Shown in pieces: positions 1 to 8,521 of a DNA stretch of 63,030 nucleotides (its first letter is position 1; every line of letters starts with the position of its first letter). The position numbers and the translations under genes were made by a program. The DNA is from a virus. Lineage: Duplodnaviria; Caudoviricetes. The notes under the pieces are model-generated. The model saw nothing but the letters and a program-made list of their open reading frames with translations. It did no database searches and was not told where the DNA came from. The stretch spans positions 1 to 63,030 of the IMG/VR virus record IMGVR_UViG_3300012667_000266; one strand, written 5' to 3'.

Positions 1-217
1 CAGTGCCAACAGGGAAACCGTTTGTAGTGCCGTCAGCACCAGTGGCAGTAGCCACGGCCAGATAGCCATCCGCGTTCACGTACACGGGCGAACCGTTGTA
101 AATGTTCGAGGCTGTGCCTGCTGGGTCGATTACATATAAGCGGGTGCTACCAGCGTATGGTAGGCCACCCAACTCGTTTACGGGTTTCAAGCCGTAGGGA
201 GAAGCTGTAGATGCCAT
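1..217 (-). CDS. Partial virion head protein (capsid decoration/cement-like), truncated by the window edge
   Basis: ATG at 217 with SD TAGGAG; reads MASTASPYGLKPVNELGGLPYAGSTR... open to position 1; lies downstream of the scaffold gene. Confidence 0.7.
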   Translation of the reverse strand, partial: MASTASPYGLKPVNELGGLPYAGSTRLYVIDPAGTASNIYNGSPVYVNADGYLAVATATGADGTTNGFPVGT

Positions 218-232
218 TTAAGGACTCCTAGT

Positions 233-694
233 TTACTTAGAACCTGAACCAAAACCTCCGCCTCTGCTGGTCGTTGACTTGCGGTCGCTGAACAGCGGCA
301 TACGGGGGTCGTTGTTTCGCATGAAGTGGTTGTCCACTGAATCCATCTGGTTCTGCGCTTGCTTGTTGTAATAATCGTCACGGGCTTGCGCTTGTTCGAT
401 AGCCATCTTGCAAAGCATGAGGCCGCCGATTTCCACGTTGCCGGTCTTTTCATTACCAAACAATTGCAGTTCTGGATGGTCTTCTGCTTTCACCGGCTCC
501 CAACCTTCGCGCATCTTGCGAGACACGTTAGTAGGGTCGGCCTGTCCAAGTACATGCGTCGCTACCCAGCGAAACAGGTACCCGGGTTCCGGAGTCGGAT
601 CGGGCAGAGAAGTTGGCGGTACGTATACCGCACGAGCAGATTTTTCGCGTGACATAGTGTCACGGGGATCGCGGGAAGTGTTTTCTTTAGCCAT
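233..694 (-). CDS. Phage head-module hypothetical protein
   Basis: 153-aa ORF with SD GGAGG, between scaffold and head protein genes. Confidence 0.75.
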   Translation of the reverse strand: MAKENTSRDPRDTMSREKSARAVYVPPTSLPDPTPEPGYLFRWVATHVLGQADPTNVSRKMREGWEPVKAEDHPELQLFGNEKTGNVEIGGLMLCKMAIEQAQARDDYYNKQAQNQMDSVDNHFMRNNDPRMPLFSDRKSTTSRGGGFGSGSK

Positions 695-1634
695 TCTGAG
701 CCTCCAATTTAGCTACTTGTGCAGCGTATTGCTGCGGGGTTAATCCAAGTTTCTTTGCCAACGCAACTTGCGTGGTAGTCAACTTGACCTTTCCAGCACC
801 CGTAGAACGAGATGCGGACGCAACAACAGTGGAGGGCCGTGGTTTGGCCTCAGAGCTTCTCTGCTTGTCTTCTGTCTCACCGAATAACTCGGGAAACTTG
901 GACTTCATGCGAGCGTTAATCTGCTCGAAATAGTCATCATTGCGGGGGTCAACGCCACCGTTCACTAGCTTCTGGTGCAGTCCTAGTGCGTAACTGGTGT
1001 ATTCCTCGAACCCGGGGGAACCGAACCACTGGTTTCTAGCTTGCCAGCGCAAGGACTTTTCGTCCGGCTCAACCGCTCGGGTTTGCGGTTGTGCAGTTTG
1101 TACCTCATATTCACGCTCTTGTAAAGGGGTAGCACGAAAATATTTCGCCTGCTCCACTTTCATCTTGGCTTCGGTGAGGGACTCTTGCGCAGCAATGATA
1201 GCGTCTGTGTCAAACGCCTCTTGCGCCTCTTTATATTTACGGCGAGCCATCTCAAGCTCCGTCTCCGCTTCCTTGCGGGCAGAGTGGATGACCGCTTCCT
1301 GACCAGAGTTATAGCTCTTCTTGAGGCTTTTATTTTCCTCGATGAGCTGCTGTGCAAGACGCTCTAGCTCTTGCTTCTCGCGTAATACGGCCTCTTTCAC
1401 ACGGCGCTCGTCGTGGCGTGCGTGTGTCAAGTCCTTGATTCGCTTCTGCACATTGGAGGAGTAAGACTCAATTTCGTCGTCCGTAGGGTCATCGACCTCA
1501 CGGTTCAGGGGCTGACGGCCACGGTCCTTCTCAGGCGTGTCGTCTACGATCTCAATCTCAACATCCGTTTCTCGGTTGTCGGTCGAGTTGTCCTCGATCT
1601 CGTCGGGGAACTTAAAGTCGTCTTTAGGGTCCAT
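687..1634 (-). CDS. Capsid scaffolding protein
   Basis: Acidic N-terminus, long coiled coil, C-terminal LTTTQVALAKKLGLTPQQYA helix; located after the portal gene. Confidence 0.7.
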   Translation of the reverse strand: MDPKDDFKFPDEIEDNSTDNRETDVEIEIVDDTPEKDRGRQPLNREVDDPTDDEIESYSSNVQKRIKDLTHARHDERRVKEAVLREKQELERLAQQLIEENKSLKKSYNSGQEAVIHSARKEAETELEMARRKYKEAQEAFDTDAIIAAQESLTEAKMKVEQAKYFRATPLQEREYEVQTAQPQTRAVEPDEKSLRWQARNQWFGSPGFEEYTSYALGLHQKLVNGGVDPRNDDYFEQINARMKSKFPELFGETEDKQRSSEAKPRPSTVVASASRSTGAGKVKLTTTQVALAKKLGLTPQQYAAQVAKLEAQNG

Positions 1635-1643
1635 ACTTACTCC

Positions 1644-2078
1644 TTATGCGCGGGTTAAGCCGCGAGGGTCTTCCACAACAGCATCCACCTGATCGTCGTT
1701 CAACAGGCGGAACTCTTTTCCGAAAATTTTGAAACGCGTACCGGAATATGTACGCACGAGTACGAAGTCACCTTCTTTGCACCATGCTCCTGTGGGGAAC
1801 TTGGCGGTGTCTTTGTACGCGTCTGGTCCTACGCGAAGTACGAACAACACGGTTGTGGCGTGCTCTTCTTGGCGCATAGTCGCAGTATCACGAACCAAAT
1901 CGAGGGACGTACCGGCAATCTTTTGATCGACTTCTGGTACGACGCAGAGAATCTTCCAGCCCGTGGGGGTCGGCAGAGCGCCTGCTTTGGTTTCGGTTGA
2001 AGCATCTTCTTCTGGTTTTTCCAGAGGTTGGATGTGGTCAGGGAGGGCGATGCCCGGAGGCAAGAGGATTTCACTCAT
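1644..2078 (-). CDS. GroES/Cpn10-like co-chaperonin
   Basis: PTGWKILC...VLRVGPDAY...CKEGDFVLVRTYSGTRFKIFGKEFRLLNDDQVDAVV matches the Cpn10 pattern; start taken at MSEILL (2078). Confidence 0.85.
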   Translation of the reverse strand: MSEILLPPGIALPDHIQPLEKPEEDASTETKAGALPTPTGWKILCVVPEVDQKIAGTSLDLVRDTATMRQEEHATTVLFVLRVGPDAYKDTAKFPTGAWCKEGDFVLVRTYSGTRFKIFGKEFRLLNDDQVDAVVEDPRGLTRA

Positions 2079-2265
2079 GTGCTTTTTCAACTTTCTCTGC
2101 AAGGTCAAGTATGTAACGCTCTGCGGTCGCTAGACCCTGAATAACACCACAGAGCTTTTGGTAATCCTCGAAATTTCGACATGCTCCACCGGCGAGATCG
2201 TCGGCGTAGTTGTTCATGTCAGTGCGTATTTTTTCGCGCAATACGCGTGCGAAGTCTTGGATCAT
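2071..2265 (-). CDS. Small hypothetical protein downstream of portal
   Basis: 64-aa ORF overlapping both neighbours (translational coupling). Confidence 0.7.
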   Translation of the reverse strand: MIQDFARVLREKIRTDMNNYADDLAGGACRNFEDYQKLCGVIQGLATAERYILDLAEKVEKAHE

Positions 2266-4778
2266 TTGGTTTTGTTTCCTTGTTTAAAGGTTTGGATGTG
2301 TTGAAGCGCTTGCTGCTTCTCTTGCAAAGCCTGTTGGGCCTTGTTCTTTGCAATCTCGGAACCCAGCTTGATTCCGGCTTGCTGTTCTTGCGAAGCTCGT
2401 TGGAGCTCGTTGTTTTTGATCTGTGCGCCGACCTTCATGGCGTCGAGCTGCATCTGGCCGGACAGTTTCTGCTGCTCCAGCTCGATCTTGTCTGAGTCGC
2501 GTGCAATTTCGGCCACGACTTTCTGAGCCTTGATCTGGACTTCCTGCTCCTTGACAGCCATTTCGCGTTGCTGCAACTGGAACACTGGGTCTTGGGCTTG
2601 CTGCTGCTGTTGGGCTGCTGCGGCCTGTGCTTGGTTCTGCATCATTACTTGGTTGGCGGCCTGAGCCATCATGCTGGACAAGGCAATCTCCACCTGTGGT
2701 GGCAGCTTTTCGTCTTCTGGAGGCAAGGCCATACCGAGTTGCTGCTCGATCTGCTGACGCATCTTGAAGCCAACGTGCTCTGCGATGTGTGCCGTGATGC
2801 CACCAATGATCTGCTGCGCCTTGGGGTTCTGGCCAATGAACTGCTGGATCGAGGGGTCCTGCAACATCATCATGTGCACTTGGATATGTGACTGGTGATC
2901 TTGGTGCAAGAAAGCCTTCATGGGCTTGGTCTTCAGAGCATTCTGGTTCTCTTGGACAGGGTCGGTCGGCTTCATATCGTCCTCGATTGGGACGAGCTTC
3001 TCAGCGTTCTTGATACCCAAAACCTCCAACATGTTGCGGTGCAACTGTGGCAAGTCGTAGATGTCCGGGGCCATCTGCGCCATCTGGATAACCGCTTGGT
3101 ACTGCACCACGCGCTGCGACATGGTCGCGGCATTGGGGTCCGACACGGGGATCACGTCCACCAAGTCATAGTCACCCTTCTTGGCTTTACGGCTGCCGTA
3201 CTCTGGGTCGTACTGATAGTCTGGGTCTGTGTAGTCGCGGATGATGTTCTTCAGGAGTTTGAGTTCCTGCTTCAATGCGAAGTGCACACGGGCCTGAACA
3301 GCCGTCATCACCTTGAGCTGGCGCTCCAACAAGGCCAGAGTCGTGCCCACTGGGGCCTGACCTGACATGTCGCTGATCTTCATGTCCGCTGTTGCGGCGA
3401 AGCGACGGCCTTCTTCCACGATGTTTTGCAACAACGTGTACAGAACTTGGCTTGGCTCTTTGTAAGGTAAAGGTAAGATTGAATCGCGAATGTTGCCCGA
3501 AGCAACGTCTACATCGCGCCACTCGCCGGGGGCGATCGGTGTGTCATCACCCTTAATGCGAAGGCCACGGGACTTGAGTCCACCGGGAAGGTTTGACAAC
3601 GTGCCTGCATCCACCAGTTGGCGCATGAGAGATGTTGCAGACTTGGCGAAGCCACCGACGAGGTGGAACAGGCCAAAGCCGTAGGCTCCGAAGCCGGGGA
3701 TGTATTGGTAGTGGACGAAATGCTGGCGCTTGAGCTTGAGGTCATCGTCTTCCTTCCAGTTGCGGCGGATTGACAAGACGTCGTTCGTGCCTTTGATTAG
3801 GGTAACTACGTAGGGTAGAGCGATACCTGTGGTCACCAGCTCGCCGTCTTCGTTCTCTTCCGTATCTTCGTACCCTTCGAGGTCCAAGTCAACGTGGCAC
3901 TCCAGCAACGTGTAGCGGTCGTCGTTCAAATCGCTGAAGCCGGTCTCTTTGTCCTTGGCTTTCTGGATGTCCGTCTGCTCGCGAGGTGCGTCAGGCAACT
4001 CGATGTCGAGGTAGAACCCTGACTGCTGGAGCTTGATGATCTCGTTCTTGGTCTTGCGCATGACGTGCGTCACGCGGTGGCAAGTATCCAAATCAGTCGC
4101 GCCGTAGGGCAGGATGATGTCTTCGGCCGGTACGAACATCGACACTTGGCGGCCAAGGTTCGGGTCGTAGTACACCTTCTTGAACGCTGAACCTGTAGCT
4201 GGCAGCGACCACAACATGCGCTCGTGCTCACCGCGGAACTCTTTCATCTCCTCGGTCAACTCAAAGTTCATGTCGTCCTGCACGCGACGAGCAGCTTCTT
4301 GCAACTCAGGCGTGTCTTTGCCGATGAGCTTGGTGCGCACGGGGCCTTGGGCGGGGAACGTCTCGGTGATCGTCTCAGCTTGAAACCGTACAACGGCCTC
4401 GGTAATCATGGGGTGGAATACGCCACAAGCACCCTGCCAAGGCTCGGTACGCTCTTCGATCTGGAGACCCAACAGCTTCAAGCCGTCAACGTAGGCTTTC
4501 TCCCACTCTTTGCGAGACTGCTTGTCGTTGTCGATGTCTGAGTCCAAGTCACCGGCCATCTGGGCCATAGCACCATCGTCCATGTACTCGGCCAAGTTGT
4601 CACCGAAGCCTTCTTCGTCCTCGTCCTTGCCGGGCATAAGACTGATCTCCATGCCGTCCAAGCCAATCGTGACTTCTTCGGGATCAACGATCTCGATTTC
4701 CAGCGGGGATTCTTGTTCGGCTAAGGCGTCGATGCCCACGGGCTGTTGGTACAGAGCCTTGTCAATGTTGGTTGCCAT
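2262..4778 (-). CDS. Portal protein
   Basis: 838 aa directly after TerL; HPMITEAVVRFQAE, GSAFKKVYYD, Q-rich C-terminal coiled coil typical of P22-like portals. Confidence 0.9.
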   Translation of the reverse strand: MATNIDKALYQQPVGIDALAEQESPLEIEIVDPEEVTIGLDGMEISLMPGKDEDEEGFGDNLAEYMDDGAMAQMAGDLDSDIDNDKQSRKEWEKAYVDGLKLLGLQIEERTEPWQGACGVFHPMITEAVVRFQAETITETFPAQGPVRTKLIGKDTPELQEAARRVQDDMNFELTEEMKEFRGEHERMLWSLPATGSAFKKVYYDPNLGRQVSMFVPAEDIILPYGATDLDTCHRVTHVMRKTKNEIIKLQQSGFYLDIELPDAPREQTDIQKAKDKETGFSDLNDDRYTLLECHVDLDLEGYEDTEENEDGELVTTGIALPYVVTLIKGTNDVLSIRRNWKEDDDLKLKRQHFVHYQYIPGFGAYGFGLFHLVGGFAKSATSLMRQLVDAGTLSNLPGGLKSRGLRIKGDDTPIAPGEWRDVDVASGNIRDSILPLPYKEPSQVLYTLLQNIVEEGRRFAATADMKISDMSGQAPVGTTLALLERQLKVMTAVQARVHFALKQELKLLKNIIRDYTDPDYQYDPEYGSRKAKKGDYDLVDVIPVSDPNAATMSQRVVQYQAVIQMAQMAPDIYDLPQLHRNMLEVLGIKNAEKLVPIEDDMKPTDPVQENQNALKTKPMKAFLHQDHQSHIQVHMMMLQDPSIQQFIGQNPKAQQIIGGITAHIAEHVGFKMRQQIEQQLGMALPPEDEKLPPQVEIALSSMMAQAANQVMMQNQAQAAAAQQQQQAQDPVFQLQQREMAVKEQEVQIKAQKVVAEIARDSDKIELEQQKLSGQMQLDAMKVGAQIKNNELQRASQEQQAGIKLGSEIAKNKAQQALQEKQQALQHIQTFKQGNKTK

Positions 4779-4786
4779 GTGTGTTC

Positions 4787-6328
4787 CTAATAGTATGCAG
4801 CGTTACGGCGGCGGAAAAACGACGGGTCGTCGCGCTCATCCGAGTCCAGTGAAATGAAGCCGCCTTGCCTGAAGCGAAGCAGCGCTTGTGATGTCGTATC
4901 CACGTAGTCATCGTTCTCTCCGTTGGGGAAAGACGCGACTTCCTCAATGACTTCCCGTGCCCAGCGGGTGTCTGGACACCAGACTTTACCCGATGCGAAC
5001 AAGTCCGCCACCGCGTTCAATCGTACCGTTTTATCGTTCCCGCGTGAAGGGGAGAACTCTTGGACAGGGATTCCCATGTTTCGGAGCTCTTGAATAAGAG
5101 GGGCACCTGCGGCTTTCTTTTCAACAATGAACCCGTCTGGCTCCCACTCCTTGTAGTGTTTGAGGGCGACGGTCTTGAGTTCTGGGAACTCCATTCGGTC
5201 CTTGAAAGCGTCAAGCAAGATGACTTGTGGGGCATTGGCCTCCTCCTCGTTGTAGAACACACCCCATGTCGTGCACGCCGAATAGTCGGCGGTGGTCTTG
5301 GCTTCAAACGCCGTATCCCACGACTGGATGATGTACTCACAATTTGGCGGAGTGTCCGACGGCCAGATGCGCCAAGACTTACGACTGATGATCGCCGCGT
5401 TGTTGGAGGTAGGCTGCTGCATGTACTGGGCGTTCCAGTACTGCGGGTCCATGTTGGCCTTCTTGTTCTTCAACTGGTCCAGCGGCCACTGCTCGGGCCA
5501 CAAGGATTTCTCGTTTTCTGTGTCTTCGTTCAGGATGGCAGGCAGCTCCACCACCTCCCACTGATCCGAGTCTGGGTTCTTGGTCTGGTAGTCCAGTAAG
5601 CGGCCAGTAAGGTCGAGCTTACCCCAGCGGGTCATGATGACGATGATCGCACCGCCCGGCATCAAGCGCTGGAGAGGGCCAGTTTGGAACCAAGACCACG
5701 CCGTGTCAAACGCTAGACGTGAGTTACTTTTGACGTCCTGCTCCGAGTGAGGATCGTCGATAACGAACAGGTCAGCACCACGGCCAGCAAGAGCACCGCC
5801 AACACCAGCAGCATAGTACTGACCGCCAACGCTTGTGCTCCACTTACCAGCGGCCTTGGCGTCATCAGCCACTTGGGTCTTGGGGAAGACTTCTGCATAC
5901 TCATCGCTCCCGATCAAGTTACGGATACGGCGGCCGAAGTCTTCGGACAAACCAGCGGTGTGGGTGCCCATGATGATCTTCTTGTCGGGGTAGCGCCCCA
6001 GAAAGAACGCCGGAAACAGGTAGGAACTGAACTCAGACTTACCCATACGGGGTGCAATGTTGATGATTACACGCTTTTTCTTGCCGTCGAGCACGTCCGA
6101 GAACACCTTGGCCAGCTTTCGGTGGTGCGGACCGACCTTAAAACCGGGGTAGACGCTTTGCGCAAAGGCAATCATGTCCGTACGCCCAGCGTTTAATAGG
6201 AGGCGTTGCTCCCGAACGTCCAGCATCTCCAACAATTCCAGCTTTTCAGCGGTCGTCATAGTAGGCAGCGCCAGTTGAATGGCGTCGGCCTCTTGTTTGC
6301 TGAGGGTTTTAAGCTGACTCAGGTCCAT
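4787..6328 (-). CDS. terL: Terminase large subunit
   Basis: Walker A NIAPRMGKS, Walker B FVIDDP, nuclease motifs QSWDTA, IVEKKAAG and NDDYVD. Confidence 0.96.
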   Translation of the reverse strand: MDLSQLKTLSKQEADAIQLALPTMTTAEKLELLEMLDVREQRLLLNAGRTDMIAFAQSVYPGFKVGPHHRKLAKVFSDVLDGKKKRVIINIAPRMGKSEFSSYLFPAFFLGRYPDKKIIMGTHTAGLSEDFGRRIRNLIGSDEYAEVFPKTQVADDAKAAGKWSTSVGGQYYAAGVGGALAGRGADLFVIDDPHSEQDVKSNSRLAFDTAWSWFQTGPLQRLMPGGAIIVIMTRWGKLDLTGRLLDYQTKNPDSDQWEVVELPAILNEDTENEKSLWPEQWPLDQLKNKKANMDPQYWNAQYMQQPTSNNAAIISRKSWRIWPSDTPPNCEYIIQSWDTAFEAKTTADYSACTTWGVFYNEEEANAPQVILLDAFKDRMEFPELKTVALKHYKEWEPDGFIVEKKAAGAPLIQELRNMGIPVQEFSPSRGNDKTVRLNAVADLFASGKVWCPDTRWAREVIEEVASFPNGENDDYVDTTSQALLRFRQGGFISLDSDERDDPSFFRRRNAAYY

Positions 6329-6923
6329 CAGCGGGCTTTTCTGCGGGGTTGGTGATATTTGGCGTCACATCTGTGATCTCCTGCACGTCTGTCACGCCCA
6401 TGAACTTGGACAACTTGTCCTTAATCTTCTGGTTCAGCTCGTCGTCGCTGATTTCGTCCTTCTTGATCTCGATCTTCTCGGTGAACAGGCCCACTTCCGT
6501 GACCTTGCCCAGCAAAGCCAGCGCTTTCAAGCGGATGTTGGCGCTTGGGTTCTCAACTTCTTCGAGGATCTTGGCTACGGCGTAGCCGCGCAGCTTCTGC
6601 GCTTGGGTCACGAACTCCCAGTCATAGGCAGACAGCATGCCAACGAGGTGCTGCACCGCTTGGGGCGTAGTGACTCCTGCCAAGGAGGCTTGTGTAATCT
6701 CTGTTGACTTCGCCGCCACGATGTTGGCGAACGACTCCCGCGCTGCCTGAGCCTGCGCTTGATCTACTGCGGTACTTTCGTCCACAGCTCCGAGACTCTT
6801 GAGCCACTCTGCCGTACTGGCCTTGGCGTCAACCGTCTCAGTGATGCCTGCTTTTTCAAGCGGCACGAACCCCGTGGCTTTGTCTTCCACTTCCGGCTCG
6901 AAGTCTATTAAATGGTCCAGCAT
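6309..6923 (-). CDS. Putative terminase small subunit
   Basis: Immediately upstream of terL; RLKALALLGK helix; start at MLDHLIDF (6923) with SD AAGGA. Confidence 0.65.
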   Translation of the reverse strand: MLDHLIDFEPEVEDKATGFVPLEKAGITETVDAKASTAEWLKSLGAVDESTAVDQAQAQAARESFANIVAAKSTEITQASLAGVTTPQAVQHLVGMLSAYDWEFVTQAQKLRGYAVAKILEEVENPSANIRLKALALLGKVTEVGLFTEKIEIKKDEISDDELNQKIKDKLSKFMGVTDVQEITDVTPNITNPAEKPADGPESA

Positions 6924-6942
6924 TTGTTCCTTACGGTGCGGG

Positions 6943-6991
6943 TTGCGTTCCCGATGCGCGGAGTGTACACTAACTTCCGGTAAGTGTGCAA
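6943..6991. promoter_or_regulatory. Bidirectional sigma70-like promoter with overlapping -10 boxes
   Basis: Palindrome AGTGTACACT (6962-6971) gives TACACT on both strands. + strand: TTGCGT(6943-48)-N17-TACACT. - strand: TTGCAC(6991-86)-N18-TACACT toward terS. Confidence 0.6.
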
Positions 6992-7090
6992 CTTTGGGTC
7001 GGGAGATCCCAGCCGCTGTTGTCCATTTGCTTCTCCTCTGGGGGCTTTTTCCGGGCCTTCTTTTAATCCCGCCTCGTGCGGGATTTTTTT
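6978..7090 (+). ncRNA. Candidate small RNA with anti-Shine-Dalgarno/anti-start-codon segment
   Basis: Bounded by a predicted promoter and an intrinsic terminator, with no credible + ORF; contains CCATTTGCTTCTCCT (7023-7037), complementary to early-gene translation starts. The 5' end is estimated. Confidence 0.5.
7065..7090 (+). terminator. Rho-independent terminator
   Basis: AATCCCGC-CTCGT-GCGGGATT hairpin followed by a T run. Confidence 0.75.
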
Positions 7091-7132
7091 CGCCTCGAGG
7101 TTTTTCCAAATTTTTTATAAAATTTTTGGGCC

Positions 7133-7150
7133 TTGTCAAAGTTTAGACAA
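7133..7150. promoter_or_regulatory. Operator-like palindrome TGTC-N8-GACA, copy 1
   Basis: TTGTCAAAGTTTAGACAA; related sites at 13096 and 25757. Confidence 0.55.
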
Positions 7151-7283
7151 GGGGGTGGGTTCGGATTTTTGAAATTACTGAGTGTCGATGCGAAACAGTG
7201 TTTATGGGCGGCATGGACCATGACGGCTTAAAGGGGTTGTGGGGGAGTGGTGGGGTCAAAGGTTCTCGGTTTTCGGGTCTGAA

Positions 7284-7312
7284 TTACGACGGAATACCTC
7301 GCTTCATACAAT
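7284..7312 (+). promoter_or_regulatory. Putative early sigma70 promoter
   Basis: TTACGA-N17-TACAAT upstream of the first + strand gene, followed by a leader hairpin GCGATGCA...TGTATCGC. Confidence 0.5.
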
Positions 7313-7362
7313 AGAGTTAGCGATGCAGAGGTTGTATCGCATAACCAAACGGAGTAAACACC

Positions 7363-7740
7363 ATGACAACAGTAAACAAGACCAAAGCATTTAAAGCACT
7401 CGACGCCTTCGCATCAAGCCGCGTTAAGTTAATCGAATCCATGCAGGCCGCAGGCTACACAACAGTCGAGGCGTGCAGGCCCATCGTGATTGAGTGGGCG
7501 TGTGTCAAGACTGGCGCGGCGTTCAACGTAAGCAAGGGCGGCAAGGTAATGCTCGACTCAAGCCATGCACGCTATGAGGCGGCCAAGACCACAGTGCGCG
7601 ACGTCATGCTCATGTTGCAGGGCACGACACGCCACGCCACGCAAGGTAGCAACAAGACCGACCCAGTCGAGGCCGTGATTAAAGCCATGCTCAAGCTGAC
7701 ACCCGCGCAACGCGCCGCAGTGATTAAAGCAGTGGCCTGA
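7363..7740 (+). CDS. First early gene, hypothetical protein
   Basis: 125 aa, SD GGAG, followed by a hairpin and T tract. Confidence 0.8.
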   Translation: MTTVNKTKAFKALDAFASSRVKLIESMQAAGYTTVEACRPIVIEWACVKTGAAFNVSKGGKVMLDSSHARYEAAKTTVRDVMLMLQGTTRHATQGSNKTDPVEAVIKAMLKLTPAQRAAVIKAVA

Positions 7741-7744
7741 TTTC

Positions 7745-7765
7745 GGGTCAGCCTGACCCTTTTTT
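7745..7765 (+). terminator. Palindrome GGGTCAG-C-CTGACCC plus T tract (terminator and/or operator, repeat copy 1)
   Basis: 7-bp arms with a 1-nt centre followed by TTTTTT; the same motif recurs at 8138, 9555 and 12026. Confidence 0.55.
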
Positions 7766-7851
7766 ATCTGAGAGTTTTTTCCCCGAACCCTGCGAGCGTG
7801 GCTCTTGCGGTGTTTCGTTTCTTGTCAAGCCACATCCGAACTGGAATCATC

Positions 7852-7995
7852 ATGACTAAAACACAATCCATCATCGTTGCGCTCATCGGCTCCGCATACC
7901 TTGCGCTGGCCTTCAACATCGAGGGCGCATCGTCAACCATCATCGGCTTCTTCGCAGGCTTGCACATCTGCGCGGCCTTCACCATCAAGGAGTAA
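7852..7995 (+). CDS. Small membrane protein
   Basis: MTKTQSIIVALIG..., two hydrophobic segments. Confidence 0.55.
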   Translation: MTKTQSIIVALIGSAYLALAFNIEGASSTIIGFFAGLHICAAFTIKE

Positions 7996-7999
7996 CGCC

Positions 8000-8176
8000 A
8001 TGACCAACCGCAACAACATCTACCGCCTCAAGCTCCGCGCCTTGCGCGAGGAGTTCGCCGAGCGTGCCAAGCACGACACACGCAAGGCCAAAGCGCTGGC
8101 CAATGCTGAGCGCATAGAGACAGAGGCCGAACTAAAACGGGTCAGCCTGACCCGAACTTATCCAAAATGCGTGTAG
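8000..8176 (+). CDS. Small basic hypothetical protein
   Basis: SD AAGGAG, MTNRNNIYRLKL... Confidence 0.6.
   Translation: MTNRNNIYRLKLRALREEFAERAKHDTRKAKALANAERIETEAELKRVSLTRTYPKCV
8138..8154. repeat. Palindromic repeat CGGGTCAG-N-CTGACCCG, copy 2
   Basis: CGGGTCAGCCTGACCCG, a perfect 8-bp inverted repeat. Confidence 0.8.
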
Positions 8177-8200
8177 TCTCTTTAATCTTGCCCAATTTTT

Positions 8201-8499
8201 TGGTGTCCTGTGACTACTCGTTTCTGTCAGCAAATCGGACAGCCCGCAAGCCTTGTGTGGCGGGCGTTTCAAAAAATTCTGTCACTACTATCTATATCTT
8301 TATTTATATATATGTATAGTATGGCCCCTCTGTATGGGCATCCTCTTTGGCTGGCGGTCTGGCGTTAGCTCTTTCTAAAAAACACAGATACCATAGCACT
8401 AAAACCGAGAGCAACACAACAAACCCAGTAACCATGCGGGTTGCGAGAGGAAAAAAAATGTCCGCTTTGCTGGCAGAATCGAGTACACTTGGGACACCA
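8201..8499. repeat. Long imperfect inverted repeat flanking an AT-rich core (origin-like)
   Basis: 8215-8241 matches the reverse complement of 8459-8485 at 24/27 positions; TGGTGTCC/GGACACCA extends the arms; TA-rich core at about 8288-8322. Confidence 0.65.
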
Positions 8500-8521
8500 C
8501 TTTTTCAAGGTCTTTTTAATC

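Noticed and set aside
6970-7026. - strand mini-ORF MDNSGWDLPTQSCTLTGS* with a perfect RBS (AGGAGAAGCAAATG)
   Set aside because: It lies upstream of and across the predicted terS promoter, would be the only - strand start with the early-type RBS, and the + strand has both promoter and terminator. It remains the main alternative to the sRNA model and is not fully excluded.
6924-7139. N-terminal extension of the terS ORF in the track
   Set aside because: It runs through promoter, terminator and operator DNA; the ATG at 6923 has an SD.
7133-7150. LexA/SOS box
   Set aside because: The site is TGTC-N8-GACA, not the CTGT-N8-ACAG SOS consensus.
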